Source: Chiloscyllium plagiosum
Lineage: Eukaryota
Assembly (NCBI RefSeq): GCF_004010195.1
Contig: NC_057718.1
Location: forward strand, 58,208,291 to 58,246,677
Direction of reading: 5' to 3'
DNA length: 38,387 nucleotides
Numbering within the stretch: the first letter of the stretch is position 1; every line of letters starts with the position of its first letter. Positions 1 through 11,885 of the stretch are shown here, in pieces. The notes below the pieces were generated by a model, which did no database searches, was not told where the DNA came from, and saw only the letters and a program-made list of their open reading frames with translations. The position numbers and the translations under genes are program-made.

Positions 1-83
1 TAGGTGTATAAATAAATGGCGGATTCAGATATTTGTCTCGGACTGAAATTATTAAAGTGAGTGAGCTTTTGTTTCTCACAATA

Positions 84-368
84 GGTTAAGGGTGAGAGGG
101 GAAAGATATATAAAAGAGACCTAAGGGGCAACATTTTCACACAGATGGTGGTACGGGTATGGAATGAGCTGCCAGAGGTAGTGGTGGAGACTGGTACAAT
201 TGCAACATTTAAGAGGCATTTAGATGGGTATATGAATAGGAAGGGTTTGGAGAGATATGGGCTGAGTGCTGGCAGGTGGGACTAGATTGGGTTGGGATAT
301 CTGGTCGGCATGGACAGGTTGGACCAAAGGGTCTGTTTCCATGCTGTACATCTCTATGACTCTATGAC
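84..368 (+). mobile_element. HER1/CR1 LINE 3' end
   Basis: Encodes FTQMVVRVWNELP..FKRHLDGYM; 3' UTR ends in (TCTATGAC)n. Confidence 0.92.
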
Positions 369-371
369 CTT

Positions 372-990
372 GTCCTTGGGATGTAGTTGATGCTGGCAAG
401 ATTACATCTCCCTGCTTACTGTGTCAAGGTAGTGGTGGGCCAATTTCATGATCCTCTGCTGATTATGATACCAAATAGTATAATGTAAGAATCATAGAAT
501 CCCTACAGTGTGGAAGCAGGCCATTCATTCCATCGAGTCCACACTGACCATCTGAACAGCATCCCACCCAGAACCACCTCATTGCCCACAACTAATCCAC
601 CTAGCCTGCACATCCCTGGACACCATACGCAATTTAGCATGGCTAATCCACCTAAACTGCAATTCACTGGGCTGTGGAAGGAAACTAGAGGGAGAATGTG
701 CAAACTCTACAGAGACAGTCACCTGAGACTGAAATCAAAACCAGATTTCTGGGACTGTGAGGCAGCAGTGCTAACCACTGAGCCTCCATGGTGCCCTATT
801 CTGAACGACGTTCCAGGATATTGACCCTGCAACCATGAGGGATGCGGCTTGTTTGTCTCAGCATGATATTTGATTTAAAGAGGAATTTGGAACTGACAAC
901 ATGACCATAAAACTGCTGTCTTTGGCTTTTTTGCAGATAGAGATTTCAAGGGAGATGTCACAATGTATTCTGTAAATCATCTTTATTGTA
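372..990 (-). mobile_element. Old CR1/L2-type LINE 3' fragment split by an HE1 SINE
   Basis: Degenerate similarity to the copy at 19405-19720 (TTCCAGGATATTGACCC vs TTCCACAATTTTGATTC). Confidence 0.5.
489..795 (-). mobile_element. HE1-type tRNA-derived V-SINE
   Basis: Reverse complement has the GTGGCTCAGTGGTTAGCACTGCTGCCTCACAG-like head, V-domain and CCACACTGTAGGGATTCTATGATTCT tail. Confidence 0.9.
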
Positions 991-1206
991 TCTAGGGTAA
1001 GAGGGGTATACGTTGGATCAGTGGCATCGGCACCTGATGAGTAGAATTTTTTGTCCTAAATGATAATAAGCAAAACAGGTGAATTGTGAATCTTACATTT
1101 CTTTCCTGACCTCAGCTTTGTTAATTTTGGAAAGGCTTTTTGGAAAGGATGAAGACAAAAGCCAAAAGTGCAGAGCTTCTGCACTTGCCCCTGTTCTTGT
1201 AATGTG

Positions 1207-1467
1207 GTGTTGTGAAACTTGAAAGGGTTCAGAAAAGATTTACAAGGATGTTGCTAGGGTTTGAGGATTTGAGCTACAGGGAGAGGCTGAATAGGCTGAG
1301 GCTGTTTTCCCTAGAGTGTCGGAGGCTGAGGGGTGACCTTATCGAGGTTTATAAAATCATGAGGGGCATGGATAGGATAAATAGACAAGGTCTTTTTCCT
1401 GGAGTAGGGGAATCCAGAACCAGAGGGCATAGGTTTAGGGTGAGAGGGGAAAGATATAAAAGGATAT
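1207..1467 (+). mobile_element. HER1/CR1 LINE ORF2 C-terminal fragment
   Basis: KLERVQKRFTRML..LFSLE.RRLRGDLIEVYKIM..TRGHRFRV. Confidence 0.92.
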
Positions 1468-1949
1468 GAGGATAACTGACCATTCTGTTGTCATCCTGAA
1501 ATTTTAAAAAAATAAAATATTTATTAAAAATTATTTAAATTCTTTTCATAGATTTTATTTTCACGGTGATTATTTATGTTTTGACTTACTTGAAATTTGA
1601 TGTTTGTAACAAGTGTTGATGTTTTATTACTCTCTTCACACGTCTATATCATTTCCATACACAATAAACAACAACAGCCCCAATCCAGAGCCATATGTAT
1701 TCTCATCTTTCATCCCTTTCCAACAGACTCAAAGGAAGACCATACCTGTGTTTTTTTCTAACACAGGACATTTTGCTCCATATCTTTATAATCTGAGATT
1801 TTTGGTTTTAATATTGGCATGAGGGAGAAGGGACTGAATGATTGGAATGATAGATTAAGATGAGTCGAGAAGATTTCAAAAGCAGCAGTATGACCAGCGT
1901 GGACTGCAAAAACTGGTTCTGTGCCATGTATTCCATGTAATCCTTGTTA

Positions 1950-2170
1950 ATCTGACTGTCTTCCAAACCGTATGATCATAATGTCTTGCAATCTATCTTC
2001 TAGTACCTTGCCACAGGTTTATTTTGCAGGATCTCATCAAATACTTTTGAAATCCTAGTTAACCATAACCACTAAATTTCTTCACGTCCTTTTTCAAATA
2101 CTTCAGCAAGATTTTCCAAACATGACCTATCTTTTTACAATTCTGTTCTGAGTGCCCTTGATCAGTACAG
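1950..2170 (-). mobile_element. Old CR1-type RT fragment
   Basis: Frameshifted LIKGTQ..RSCLENL..E.FE..DF.K.FD motifs. Confidence 0.6.
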
Positions 2171-2339
2171 GTTTCTCCAAATGTTGGAAATAAATTCTTG
2201 ATGTGAAATATTTGGGATTTATCTGACCTGGAAAATTAAACTGTTTTCACCTTACAAAATAATTTTCCGATGTTTCCATTGAAATTTCACAAAGAAGTGT
2301 GAACATGTGAGTGGTGTCAAGTTGAGAATCTCTCTAAAC

Positions 2340-2936
2340 AGTCTACATGGGACCAGTTGCGAATAGTCCTGAACAGAGAAGGGGATGAGGGCAGAAAGTG
2401 AAATAAATTATTTAATTAAATAAAGCAAAACTATGAAACTGGGAAAGAGAACTAAACAACAGGAACTCACAGTAAATCGATGCAGTGCACAGGAAATTAT
2501 ACAGGAGAGAGATCAGGGGTTTAGTAGAAAACACCCTTCAGCTATTGGCAAAATGAACTTCACTGGTTTCACACACAATAGTTATAGTCATATGTGATAT
2601 GAAAGGTTTTTTGGTACTAAAGCTTTGTACAAGCAATTACTTCCTGGGAATTATGCTCTGTCCTTGACCAATATATCCTGAGATCCTACTTGGTTTTATA
2701 ACCACTAAAGTTCATTCTGCCAATAGCTGAAGGGTGTTTTCTAACTAAACCCCTGATCCTTCTCCTGTATAATTTCCTGTGCACTGCTTCTATTTATTTT
2801 GGACTCCTGGGGTTTAATTCCCTTTCCCAGTTTCATGGTTTTGTTTTTTTTAAAATAATTAAATGATTTACCTCGCTTTCGGGCCAAATCCCTTTCTCTG
2901 TTCTTGACTAACTGCAACTTGTCCCACATAACAGAC
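2340..2936. repeat. Long imperfect inverted repeat / foldback (arms ~2340-2568 and ~2700-2936)
   Basis: GCAGTGCACAGGAAATTATACAGGAGA..GATCAGGGGTTTAG..TAGAAAACACCCTTCAGCTATTGGCA.AATGAACTT is mirrored on the right arm; the spacer contains the near-palindrome GTACTAAAGCTTTGTAC. Confidence 0.92.
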
Positions 2937-3915
2937 GATTATCACTATTGTAGACAACTGACCTATGCACCTGGCCTTGCAGGTCTTGCACAACAAACTG
3001 ATGTTCCTGTCTTCTAACACTGGGCAAGCTTCAGCCAATGGTTCAGCGGGTGATTAGGAATCCGAAAGCATACTAATAATAGTAACAGATCACTCAGGTT
3101 TTCAGTGCCATTGCGAAGAAGTAGAAATACCATTCAACTCTTCGAAAGTTGTTCATGATAAACGCTGTGGGAAAGATTGTGATAGAAGCCACAATTGCCA
3201 AACTGCTTCTGACATCTTAGATTCAGATGGGCAACAGAATGTGCACGATGCTGAAATTGAGGAGGAATAAGGTGAAGCCATTCAGCCCAATGAAGAGGTT
3301 CTTTTCAATGGTCTGCAGGAGACTAGCCTGTAAATTCCAGCTAAAGCAACAATGGGATCTTACACCAAAATGGAGCACACTGTACATTGCACAACAGAAC
3401 TGACAGATGAGGCAATTGTAGCTGTGGTTGATTGATTCTTCAACTAAGCAACCGAAGAGAGAGGGTCTTTGAACAGTCCAATGAATACCTGCCTGCTCAG
3501 CCACTTGTCTCTTTAGCTGAAGCTGCAAAAAGTCATAGAGATTATGCCCTGCAGCATGAAACACAGAATTGAGCCATGGCTACACTGATGACCTGGCAGA
3601 CTGAAACAGATGCCTCCGAAAACAACATATCAAATATTTAAAAAATTACTGAGTTTGATTTTTCCAGGTCAAAATCACAGCATTTTGCAGTGCCCTTTAC
3701 TGCACAAGGGAAAGCCATTGTGAGTGTGAACATATTGGAAACAAAGACACTATTCACGTAAATATTGCTTTACTGCATTTTCATTTGGGATTTTTGATAT
3801 AATGTGTTTGTAGGCAAACTGGATTACAAAGAATCTTCCTTGGCTTTCTTGAAGCTTCACTGAGCACAAACGTTTGGCAGATTCTCTGTTTTCGATTCAT
3901 CATAATTTCACTGTA
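2937..3915 (+). mobile_element. Tigger/pogo (Tc1/mariner superfamily) DDE_1 transposase relic with probable 3' TIR
   Basis: IITIVDN*PMH..KLMFLSSNT/KLQPMVQRVIRNPKAY* and TIANCF*H matches the DNCPAH..FLPPNTTS.LQPMDQGVI..AYY..TI.NCF consensus; ends TTTCACTG|TA at 3906-3915. Confidence 0.82.
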
Positions 3916-4365
3916 TTTAGGGCTGGCCCAGTAGATGGAATGATTATTACTGCCTTGTCTAGTTTTATGTTGAACATCCCTTGGAAAAATACTGAGGATG
4001 GAGCGATGGGGATTGCTTAAGTATTGTGAGGTAAATAATGAATAGCTCCAGTTTCTGGACGCATTTTTTTTCTTGTCTGCCTCTCTCAGGAGATGATGTG
4101 AACAGTGAGTTGGAAAAAATTGAGCAGCTTATTTCTTTGCCTTTCTTCACACTGATGTTACTAATAGGTAGGGAGTCTAGTGTATGCTATTCAACATCTG
4201 TTAAATAGGCAGCGATTTGATGGCCCTGATGGTGTTTTCTTCTGAGTATTCATTTTAGAACTCCGTATAATAATGGTGCTTACAATTCTGAAATGTTTTA
4301 CTGAATACAACTGTAAATTTCCTGTCAAAGATTGTTATGGAGCAGACCAAACCCCCTTCAAATAT

Positions 4366-4828
4366 GGAGAAAGTGAGGACTGCAGATGCTGGAGATCAGA
4401 GCTGAAAAATGTGTTGCTGGAAAAGCGCAGCAGGTCAAGCAGCATCCAAGGAGCAGGAGAATCGACTTTTCAGGCATAAGCCCTTCTTCAGGAATGAGGA
4501 GGGTGTGCCAAGCAGGCTGAGATAAAAGGTAGGGAGGAGGGACTTGGGGGAGGGGCATTGGGAATGCGATAGATGGAAGGAGGTTAAGGTGAGGGTGATA
4601 GGCCGGAGAGGGGGTGGGGGCGGAGAGGTCGGGAAGAAGATTGCAGGTAGAGAANNNNNNNNNNNNNNNNNNNNNNNNNNNNNNNNNNNNNNNNNNNNNN
4701 NNNNNNNNNNNNNNNNNNNNNNNNNNNNNNNNNNNNNNNNNNNNNNNNNNNNTATGCCTGAAACGTCAATTCTCCTGCTCCTTGGATGCTGCCTGACCTG
4801 CTGCGCTTTTCCAGTAACACATTTTTCA
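4366..4828. mobile_element. Penelope-like element with two inverted pLTR arms and a 13-14 bp TSD (gap 4655-4752 inside)
   Basis: 4753-4828 is the reverse complement of ~4404-4479; TSD CCCCTTCAAATAT(G) at 4353-4366 and 4829-4842; hammerhead-like core. Confidence 0.85.
4655..4752. other. Assembly gap
   Basis: N run. Confidence 1.
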
Positions 4829-5409
4829 CCCCTTCAAATATGTCAAGAAGATAGCCTAGACCCTAATCTTTTCTTATTTAAAAGCAAGTGTAAGGTGCTG
4901 TAATGTTCCAGATGTAATCTGATTAGTTATACTACTCAGCTTTAAGCAAAACATACTATAGCTAAAATACAAACAAGAAAGAAAATTTGGAATAGCTTAA
5001 CTTGATTGGATAACTTAACAGAATAACAGAAAATTTAACAACTGAACAGCAACTGTTCCAAGATAATAACATCTCATAAACGCCCCAAAGGCAAAGGCAA
5101 ATTCAGTAAAACAGATTGTCTTACTTGCAATTCTGCCAATAGAGAGAATTCCAGTGTTTAGCTGTAGCAAAGGTAGAGAGAAATATCGCAGCTTTCACAA
5201 TGTCAACAACTTATGAAAGCTAAACTAAAACTCTGGTTATGTCGGAGCCTGACTCCACCCATTCAGGCTGCTTCTATTGTTTTGACATTTAACAAAAACC
5301 AAGGCCTGACAAGCTGTTTACTTGATTGTTTTGAAGTGCTCTGCTCAATACCTCTATCTTAACCTCACTTCAATTAAAAAAAAACACTCTTAAAGTCACA
5401 CAATGCATG

Positions 5410-5650
5410 GGGGTTGGATAGATGGCTGGTTTACAATGCAGTATGATGCCAACAATCTGGATTCAATTCCCACACCAGCTGAGGTTACCAGGATGATGTT
5501 TCCTTCTAAACCACTCCCCTTACCTGAGATATGGTGACCCTCAGATTAAGCCACCACCAGCCATCCCTCTAATAGGCCTGCAGCCCTATGATATATTGGC
5601 CAATCATCTAGAACAAACCAATGGTCTGGAAGGACTATGATGACTTTTGC
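5410..5650 (+). mobile_element. Degenerate tRNA-derived SINE (not HE1)
   Basis: B-box-like GGATTCAATTCC at 5459-5470 followed by a GGTGACCCTCAGATTAAGCCACCACCAG body. Confidence 0.55.
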
Positions 5651-5972
5651 TATAACTTTCAATAAGATCTCAAGTTTAATAATTGTATTATCATTAAAAT
5701 TTTGTAATATTTATATTTCTCACACAATTCCAAATGCCTCCGTCTGCATATCTATACAATCAATGAAAAAAGGAAATTATCCTTGTCTGATTTCTATCTT
5801 TATGCGAGAAGTCAGTTCTATTGTGACATTTTTACTGGAAAATTTACCAGGTATGACTTCTCCATTTGCATAGGACTCTGATAATTTATTCGATTATGTT
5901 GATAAATTCATTTTTTTCTTTTATTTCCCTTTTGTTAAGTTGACAATCCAAATTGAGCTGTTATTCTACATA

Positions 5973-6197
5973 CTGGGTGACCCCTGTATCTGTGGAATCA
6001 TTTTCTGTGGTTTCAGTTACCAGCAGTTTACCGCGGCCCAAACATATTGTAAGGAACCTTCTGGAACCAGGGACAGGTGGCTGCTGGAAAGGTATGTTTC
6101 CCATTGAAATGAATGGGTTCACACCTATCCACTGTTTTGGGCTTCCGTGGTAGGCCTTGGAACTTTTTTGCTGTGGGTACGGGGTGGGAGACTACTC
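5973..6197. mobile_element. Tigger7/MER44-like MITE
   Basis: TA-flanked; degenerate TIRs CTGGGTGACCCCTGTATCTGTGG / CTGTGGGTACGGGGTGGGAGACTACTC; internal GGTTTCAGTTACC..CCGCGG typical of MER44. Confidence 0.7.
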
Positions 6198-6999
6198 TAT
6201 TTCATAAGATTTCCAATACATTATTTGAATCAACATTCTTTGTACACAATGAGTTAAACCTACTTATAGGATATCAAGAACCAAGGGTGTAGAAACCGTA
6301 TCTTGTTGTGAACTGAACCAGATATTGATGCTTTTAAAACATCTTTAATCCCTCCAAAGGCATTCTAAATTAATCTAATGTAACGTGAGGCTTGTGTCAA
6401 ATCATTTAGCTGTTTTTTTTCTGTGGTAATGCGAATGTTCAGGGCAAAATTCATGATCAGATTCACTGATACTACTGATAAAGTTAACTTTTGTGTAATC
6501 ATTTAAAGTTAACAAATGTGCCATGCTATTTTACTTGCTTGTCTCATCTAGAAGAATAGTCCTTTGCAATCTGCTTTTGTGCGTGGGGCAGACACTTATT
6601 TTTCTGCTGACTTCTGCTTTGTTTTGCTACACATTTGCAGTTTTCTGCCTACCTACATCCTTCTTTCACAGCTCTCTTTTTTAATGCCGAACTCACGTTG
6701 TCAAACTTTTCTTTGGTAGATGGAGCAGGGGTTATTTTGCTGTGTTCCGTGAAGCATTTAGCAAAAGTATTGATGAATACCAATGTGCCTTGGTCAATTA
6801 TAATAATGTAAGGCCAAATATTGTACAATGAGAGGGGGGTCTGTGAATGCAGTGGAAAGAATGGATTATCTCTGAAAAAAAGGAATTAAAACTTATTTCA
6901 AAGTGTGAAGGAAAATAGCTAGATCCCATTCTGTGAATTTCTTTCCTGAAATCTTTGGATGTAATAAGGGAGGGATTACTAAAACTTTGTAAGATGGTA

Positions 7000-7344
7000 T
7001 GGTTGGTGGACAGACTGATGTTGCAGTTGTATAAGACTTTGGTGCGGCCGCATCTGGAGTATTGTGTGCAGTTTTGGTCGCCATATTATAGGAAGGATGT
7101 GGAGGCACTGGAACGGGTGCAGAGGAGGTTTACCAGGATGTTGCCTGGTATGGTAGAAAGATCGTATGCTCTGCCAGTGGCAGTGGTGGACTCTCCCTCA
7201 TTATGGGCATTTAAGCGGGTATTGGATAGGCATATGGAGGATAGTGGGCTAGTGTAGGTTAGGTGGGCTTGGATCGGTGCAACATCGAGGGCCGAAGGGC
7301 CTGTACTGCGCTGTATTCTTCTATGTTCTATGTTCTTTGTTCTA
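7000..7344 (+). mobile_element. Young CR1 LINE 3' fragment with an internal deletion
   Basis: LQLYKTLVRPHLEYCVQFWSP..RFTRMLPGM..SY joined directly to ALPVAVV..FKRVLD; (CTATGTT)n tail; CpGs retained. Confidence 0.9.
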
Positions 7345-7590
7345 TGAAATATGACGAAGAGGTTGGAAATGGGAGTAGGTTATTCAACATTTTGAGTCTG
7401 TTCTCCTATTCGATAAAATGATAGCTTACCTGTATCCTCACATCATCCACCCACCTTTCTCTATATCACTTGGTACTCTTGGCAAAATCTAAATTTCAAT
7501 TAATCTCTGACTTAAAATTCATAATTGAGCCAGCATCTCGTGTTTTATGCAGTGGAGGTTAGAATACTGTTATATATGTAGCTGTGTTTC
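7345..7590 (-). mobile_element. Old CR1 3' end
   Basis: GGAGTAGGTTATTCAAC..GAGTCTGTTCTCC..GATAAAATGATAGCT pattern of a reversed CR1 3' UTR. Confidence 0.55.
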
Positions 7591-8163
7591 CTGATTAACT
7601 GGCTAATAAAAACATAAATTCAGCACTTCTGACGGTATCTGTGAGGAAAGAAACATATTTAAGTCCAATATGACTTCTTTGAAACTATTTTGATGATTTC
7701 AAGCCCATGGTTCAGATTTTCACAGAACCAAGCAGAGTCCAGCTGCCTTTAAAAATGGTAAGAAGGACCCGGATGTGGAAGTACTTCATGCATTTCTGCC
7801 CACAAGGTGAAGAAGATAGCAAATGAATTAGACAGGCAGGAAATGCAAACTTGAATTTAATGCTCAATTCAACAGACCCAATATTGGCTGTTCCAAGAAC
7901 CTTCACCTGCAGTTTGGATATTACAAAAGTATGGAGGAGACATAAGTCTTGAAGGATAGTTTGGTCTGTGTAAGAGTCAAGATCTGAAATCATTTAAATA
8001 TTCAGCCCTTTAGTCATGAATAAAACAACCTCAACTCCCTCATACTACTGGAACAAGCTGCTCTCTAACCTTTCTGTCAGTTGCTATGAAGAAGTTCAAA
8101 ATGTTAATTAAATCACTTGACAAATGAAGTGTATTCCTCAGAACATAGAATGTTTTGTATTGC

Positions 8164-8169
8164 TTTATT
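8164..8169 (-). promoter_or_regulatory. Candidate polyadenylation signal of the Ig relic
   Basis: TTTATT on + (AATAAA on -), about 90 nt past the putative TM and short tail; positional argument only. Confidence 0.25.
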
Positions 8170-8760
8170 TAGCCTATTTAATGCTCAGTGGTAGAGGATG
8201 TTAAGTCTTTACAAAAGAGACACTGGTTCAGTTAACAAGTTGATTTTTTAAGCATTATTCCAATATATACAATGACATTATAAATCAGGCATAATTACTA
8301 CGACTCTCAGGAGTTGTAGCAAATATATCTGCTCCCTACAAAGACCGGTGTAGGACTCACTGGCTCAACCCGTGGACATCATATGAAGAGATGGACCTCA
8401 AAGTAACAAGAACAATTAACTCTTTGAGAACCATTTCCAGATACAACATCCTTTTGAAAGGATGTTATGCAGAACAGTCACTGCAGATTTAAGTGCATTA
8501 TTTAACTCTAGTAAAAATTCACCTTTATATTCAACATTATTAGATATAAACTTATAATGGATAGACAAATCATTCCATTAGGCAATACCGGACCATGTTT
8601 TGTTTTCCCTTTATCTACATGGAAACCCCAAAGCTCGTTGAGCCTCCACTGCTCTGAGGTTTTCACCACTTCAGTTACACTCATATCTATCCTTTTTTGG
8701 TGCAAAAGAGATTTTCAGACACTTGACTGTATCTGCCTTCCTGGGAAAGAGGAAGACTCT

Positions 8761-9245
8761 TAGAGTTAGAGAGTCATTGAGACATACAGCACGGAAACAA
8801 ACCTTTCGGTCCAACCAGTCCAGGCCTAACATAATTCTAAACTAGATTCTGGATCAGCGGTGCTGGAATTTTACCTCGATAATTCTAAACTAATCTAGTC
8901 CCACCTCCCTGCTCAGGGCCAATATTCCTCCAAACCCTTCCAATTCATGTACTTATCTAAGTGTCTTTTAAACATTATAACTATGTCCACATGGACCACT
9001 TCCTCAGGAAGTTCATTCCACATGCGAACTACCATCTGTGTAAAATGTTTGCCCCTCATGTCTTTTTTAAATCTTTCTCCTCTCTTAAAAATATGTCCTC
9101 GTGTCTTGAAATCCTCAATCCCTAGGGAAAAGATACCTTCTATTAGCTCCATCTATACTCCTCATGATTTTATAAACCTCTATAAGGTCGCCTCTCAACC
9201 TCCTACATTCCAGTGAAGAAAGTCCCAGCCTATCCAGCCATTCCA
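8761..9245 (-). mobile_element. HER1/CR1 LINE 3' fragment inserted in the Ig relic
   Basis: ORF 8913-9152: TRGHIFK..FTQMVVRMWNELP..FKRHLDKYM. Confidence 0.9.
8845..8878. mobile_element. 34-bp micro-insertion, probably Penelope-derived, with a perfect 14-bp TSD
   Basis: ATAATTCTAAACTA at 8831-8844 and 8879-8892 flanks GATTCTGGATCAGCGGTGCTGGAA+TTTTACCTCG. Confidence 0.7.
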
Positions 9246-11414
9246 TATCAATTCAGGGCTCACTCATGACATAAATCAATTTCCCATCTGAAAAAGGTCC
9301 CTGACTTGGAAATAATCTGAAATTCTCTTATCCCTCTCCCTGATGAAAACTGAGTGCCAAGGCTTTGTTTAAATCCCACAGGACTTAATTTCTCAAAGTA
9401 TAATAGTAATTTTTCACCAGATAGAAAAGATGTTTGTGACTGAATGTTGCACAAGTCTCCATCCTAACACAAGGTTAACACTCTCACACAGGGCTGGTAA
9501 ATAATGTAAGTTCAATTTATTGGAAACCTGATAGGTTTTCCCACCAGACTGGCTGCCAAAGCGCAATACTTGCAGTAACAGAGAAGCACATCTACACATC
9601 TTAACTGTATCATGTAGCTATCTGAACTCATTTTAGAAAAGCAATACCACTACAAAAGGCAGAGCTAACTGTTCATTTACTTCTAACCATCAAGCAAACT
9701 GCTACATAGTGATGCTTATTCTGGAAACCTGGGAAGAACATTTGTCCTTGACAGTAGAGAAAGAGGGTCAAGTGAGAAGTTAATCCAAGGAGATAGATTT
9801 GTCTTGGAAGACTGCACAGAACAGGTGATAATGAACTGGCAGCTTGATTCCATTGGTGGAATAGGTGCCTGACTTATTATCACCTGCTTTGGGCCATTGA
9901 TAAGCAATTCCAGTTCCATGATCATTTTGGCCACAAATGAGTGCTTTGCCTTTTGTACAAAAGTACAATTGAATTGTTGGTATTTCTTTGTTGTCAATTC
10001 ACCTTCATCAAACTGTCATCAATTTCTATTTCATGGGAAGTAGTTTTGTTATACCATATCCTCCCAGTTCTTTGGAACTTTCACGTTTGTATTCTATGGG
10101 TATTTCTGCACGTTAAAGCAATTGTAAGTGCTTCGCTTTTGAAAGTCGGAATTCACTAACTTATTTTCTGCCCACTAGATTTCTCCAGGGGCTGGTCAAG
10201 GTTGATACACACCCATGAAATGTCATTATTGCTGGGTTTAGAGTTCAACATGCAATCAAGGAAATGTAGCTGCTGTCTTTGGAGACAGTGCAACCAATCT
10301 AAAGAGACAATTTTCACCATTGCCTCCAGAAACCATTTACCAGGTGTGACTGAGGCTTCACTCTCTATGAGGAAGGATCAGTGAAGATTTGTCTCAGGAG
10401 TCTGTCAATTACAGCATTTCCTAAATGTTATTTTTCAGAATGTACTTCAGCAACTGGAATTTAATATCTACTGACTATACTCAGCTGAATCGGCTAGAAT
10501 TTTGTCAGTTGACTCAAATCAAAAGAGCAATTAACTGCCTGCTTATTATTTTATTATCTGATTTTTCCATTCATAGTAGAAATTATTGATGAGCAAGAGT
10601 TAACTCAAATACTGAGGCACTCTCTTTAAATTCTCTCATAAGTTCCTATCATGTTTTAGATGTGCTATTTACTTTGTTAAGTGAATTTTTGCATTGCCGA
10701 ACTATTTCCAGTTGCATCAGTACAAAATTAACTTCAGTTACATATGGTAACCGGGCTAATGGACTGGAAATCAAACCCAGTTATCCATGGAGTCAAATTA
10801 GTAAACTATTCGAAGTCCACAGTTTATTTGCCTGACAAACCAAGTTTGAAAAAAAAACACTTCTTCAGTGTCTGTACTTCACAGAAAAGCAGCTATTTAA
10901 TGTAAATAGATTGTATTTAACTGATGGCAGAAAAGAAACATGATTAACTTAAATTGTACCCTCTTTCAAAAAACGCTAACAAAAAGATGTTCGTAGAAAT
11001 AAGAGAAGGCACAATTATTTCAGATTGCGGAATGAACAAATAAGAATCAGTGAAGCACAGGTCTGAGACAAGTGCTGATTGCAAGTATCGATGAGATGCT
11101 TTCTTCCAATTCCTTTTGACTCCTTGATGAGGGCACTAGGTTGTGAACACTCCAAATACCAATCATTCATTCACCAGTGATGATTTGCCTTTCATTGTCA
11201 AGGTTTTTTTGTCTTTTTTTCCTTTCAAGAAGGGGTGAGAGAGTAGCTAGCTGCTCAGGATTTTCCTTTGCTTCTCGACTTACAAAAGTGTGGGGGGAGA
11301 GAGAGCGAGTTCTCTCTTCCACAAGCTGGATTTTCCTGCTGTACTGTCCAAATACATATCTATAGCCACTTACCCAGGAACCAATCAAAACATTGATATT
11401 ATGCTGTGTACTCC

Positions 11415-11885
11415 TGAACACACACAAACAGAAGCACACATATGTGAGACACATGTGAGACATGGAGACACACGTATAGAGACATTCACAGGCAGACACT
11501 CAAATACATACTTGCAGGCATATGCATATACACAAACACATAGCCACATATATAGAGACACAAACATAGACATGCACACACACAAATACAAACAGAGACT
11601 CTTGGAGACACACACACACATACATACACAGATACACACACCATATATGTAGTATATTCATATGTAGAGTCACACACACATACACATGTACAGACACATA
11701 TGCAAAGGCATACATAGAGAGACACACACACACATAGAGGTACACAAACACAGAGACACACATACACAGAAGCACACATCGAGACACATGTACATATAGA
11801 CACAGAGATATATGTAGAGACACACACACATATAGAGACAGATACAGACACACACAGGCATACATTGACACACACACACAGGCAT
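11415..11885. repeat. Degenerate (CA)n/(CATA)n/(GACA)n microsatellite block
   Basis: Directly visible; produces the spurious VC-rich ORFs. Confidence 0.95.

Larger units (their letters stand above)
4333..5400. mobile_element. Solo-LTR-like element (TG...CA) hosting a Penelope insertion
   Basis: Starts TGTTATGG and ends GTCACA; resembles a shark LTR-like repeat from recall; no TSD found. Confidence 0.5.
8200..11415 (-). pseudogene. Ig-relic segment 8, C-terminal part with putative TM segment (interrupted by a HER1 LINE at ~8761-9245)
   Basis: INVLIGSWV..GKSSLV..LVF; ERGYNLS*SCFF..IK*; NCGLRI..MDN; KQAVNCSF; LDCMLNSKP..ISW; LTCR..IWYN..QQFNCTF; INGPKQVIIS..IITCSVQS; KLNLHYLP; LCNIQS; LKISFAPK; FLLELNNA..LFCITS..SGNGS/ELIV; hydrophobic IYLLQLLRVVVIM..CIYW (~8261-8328). 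Confidence 0.68.
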
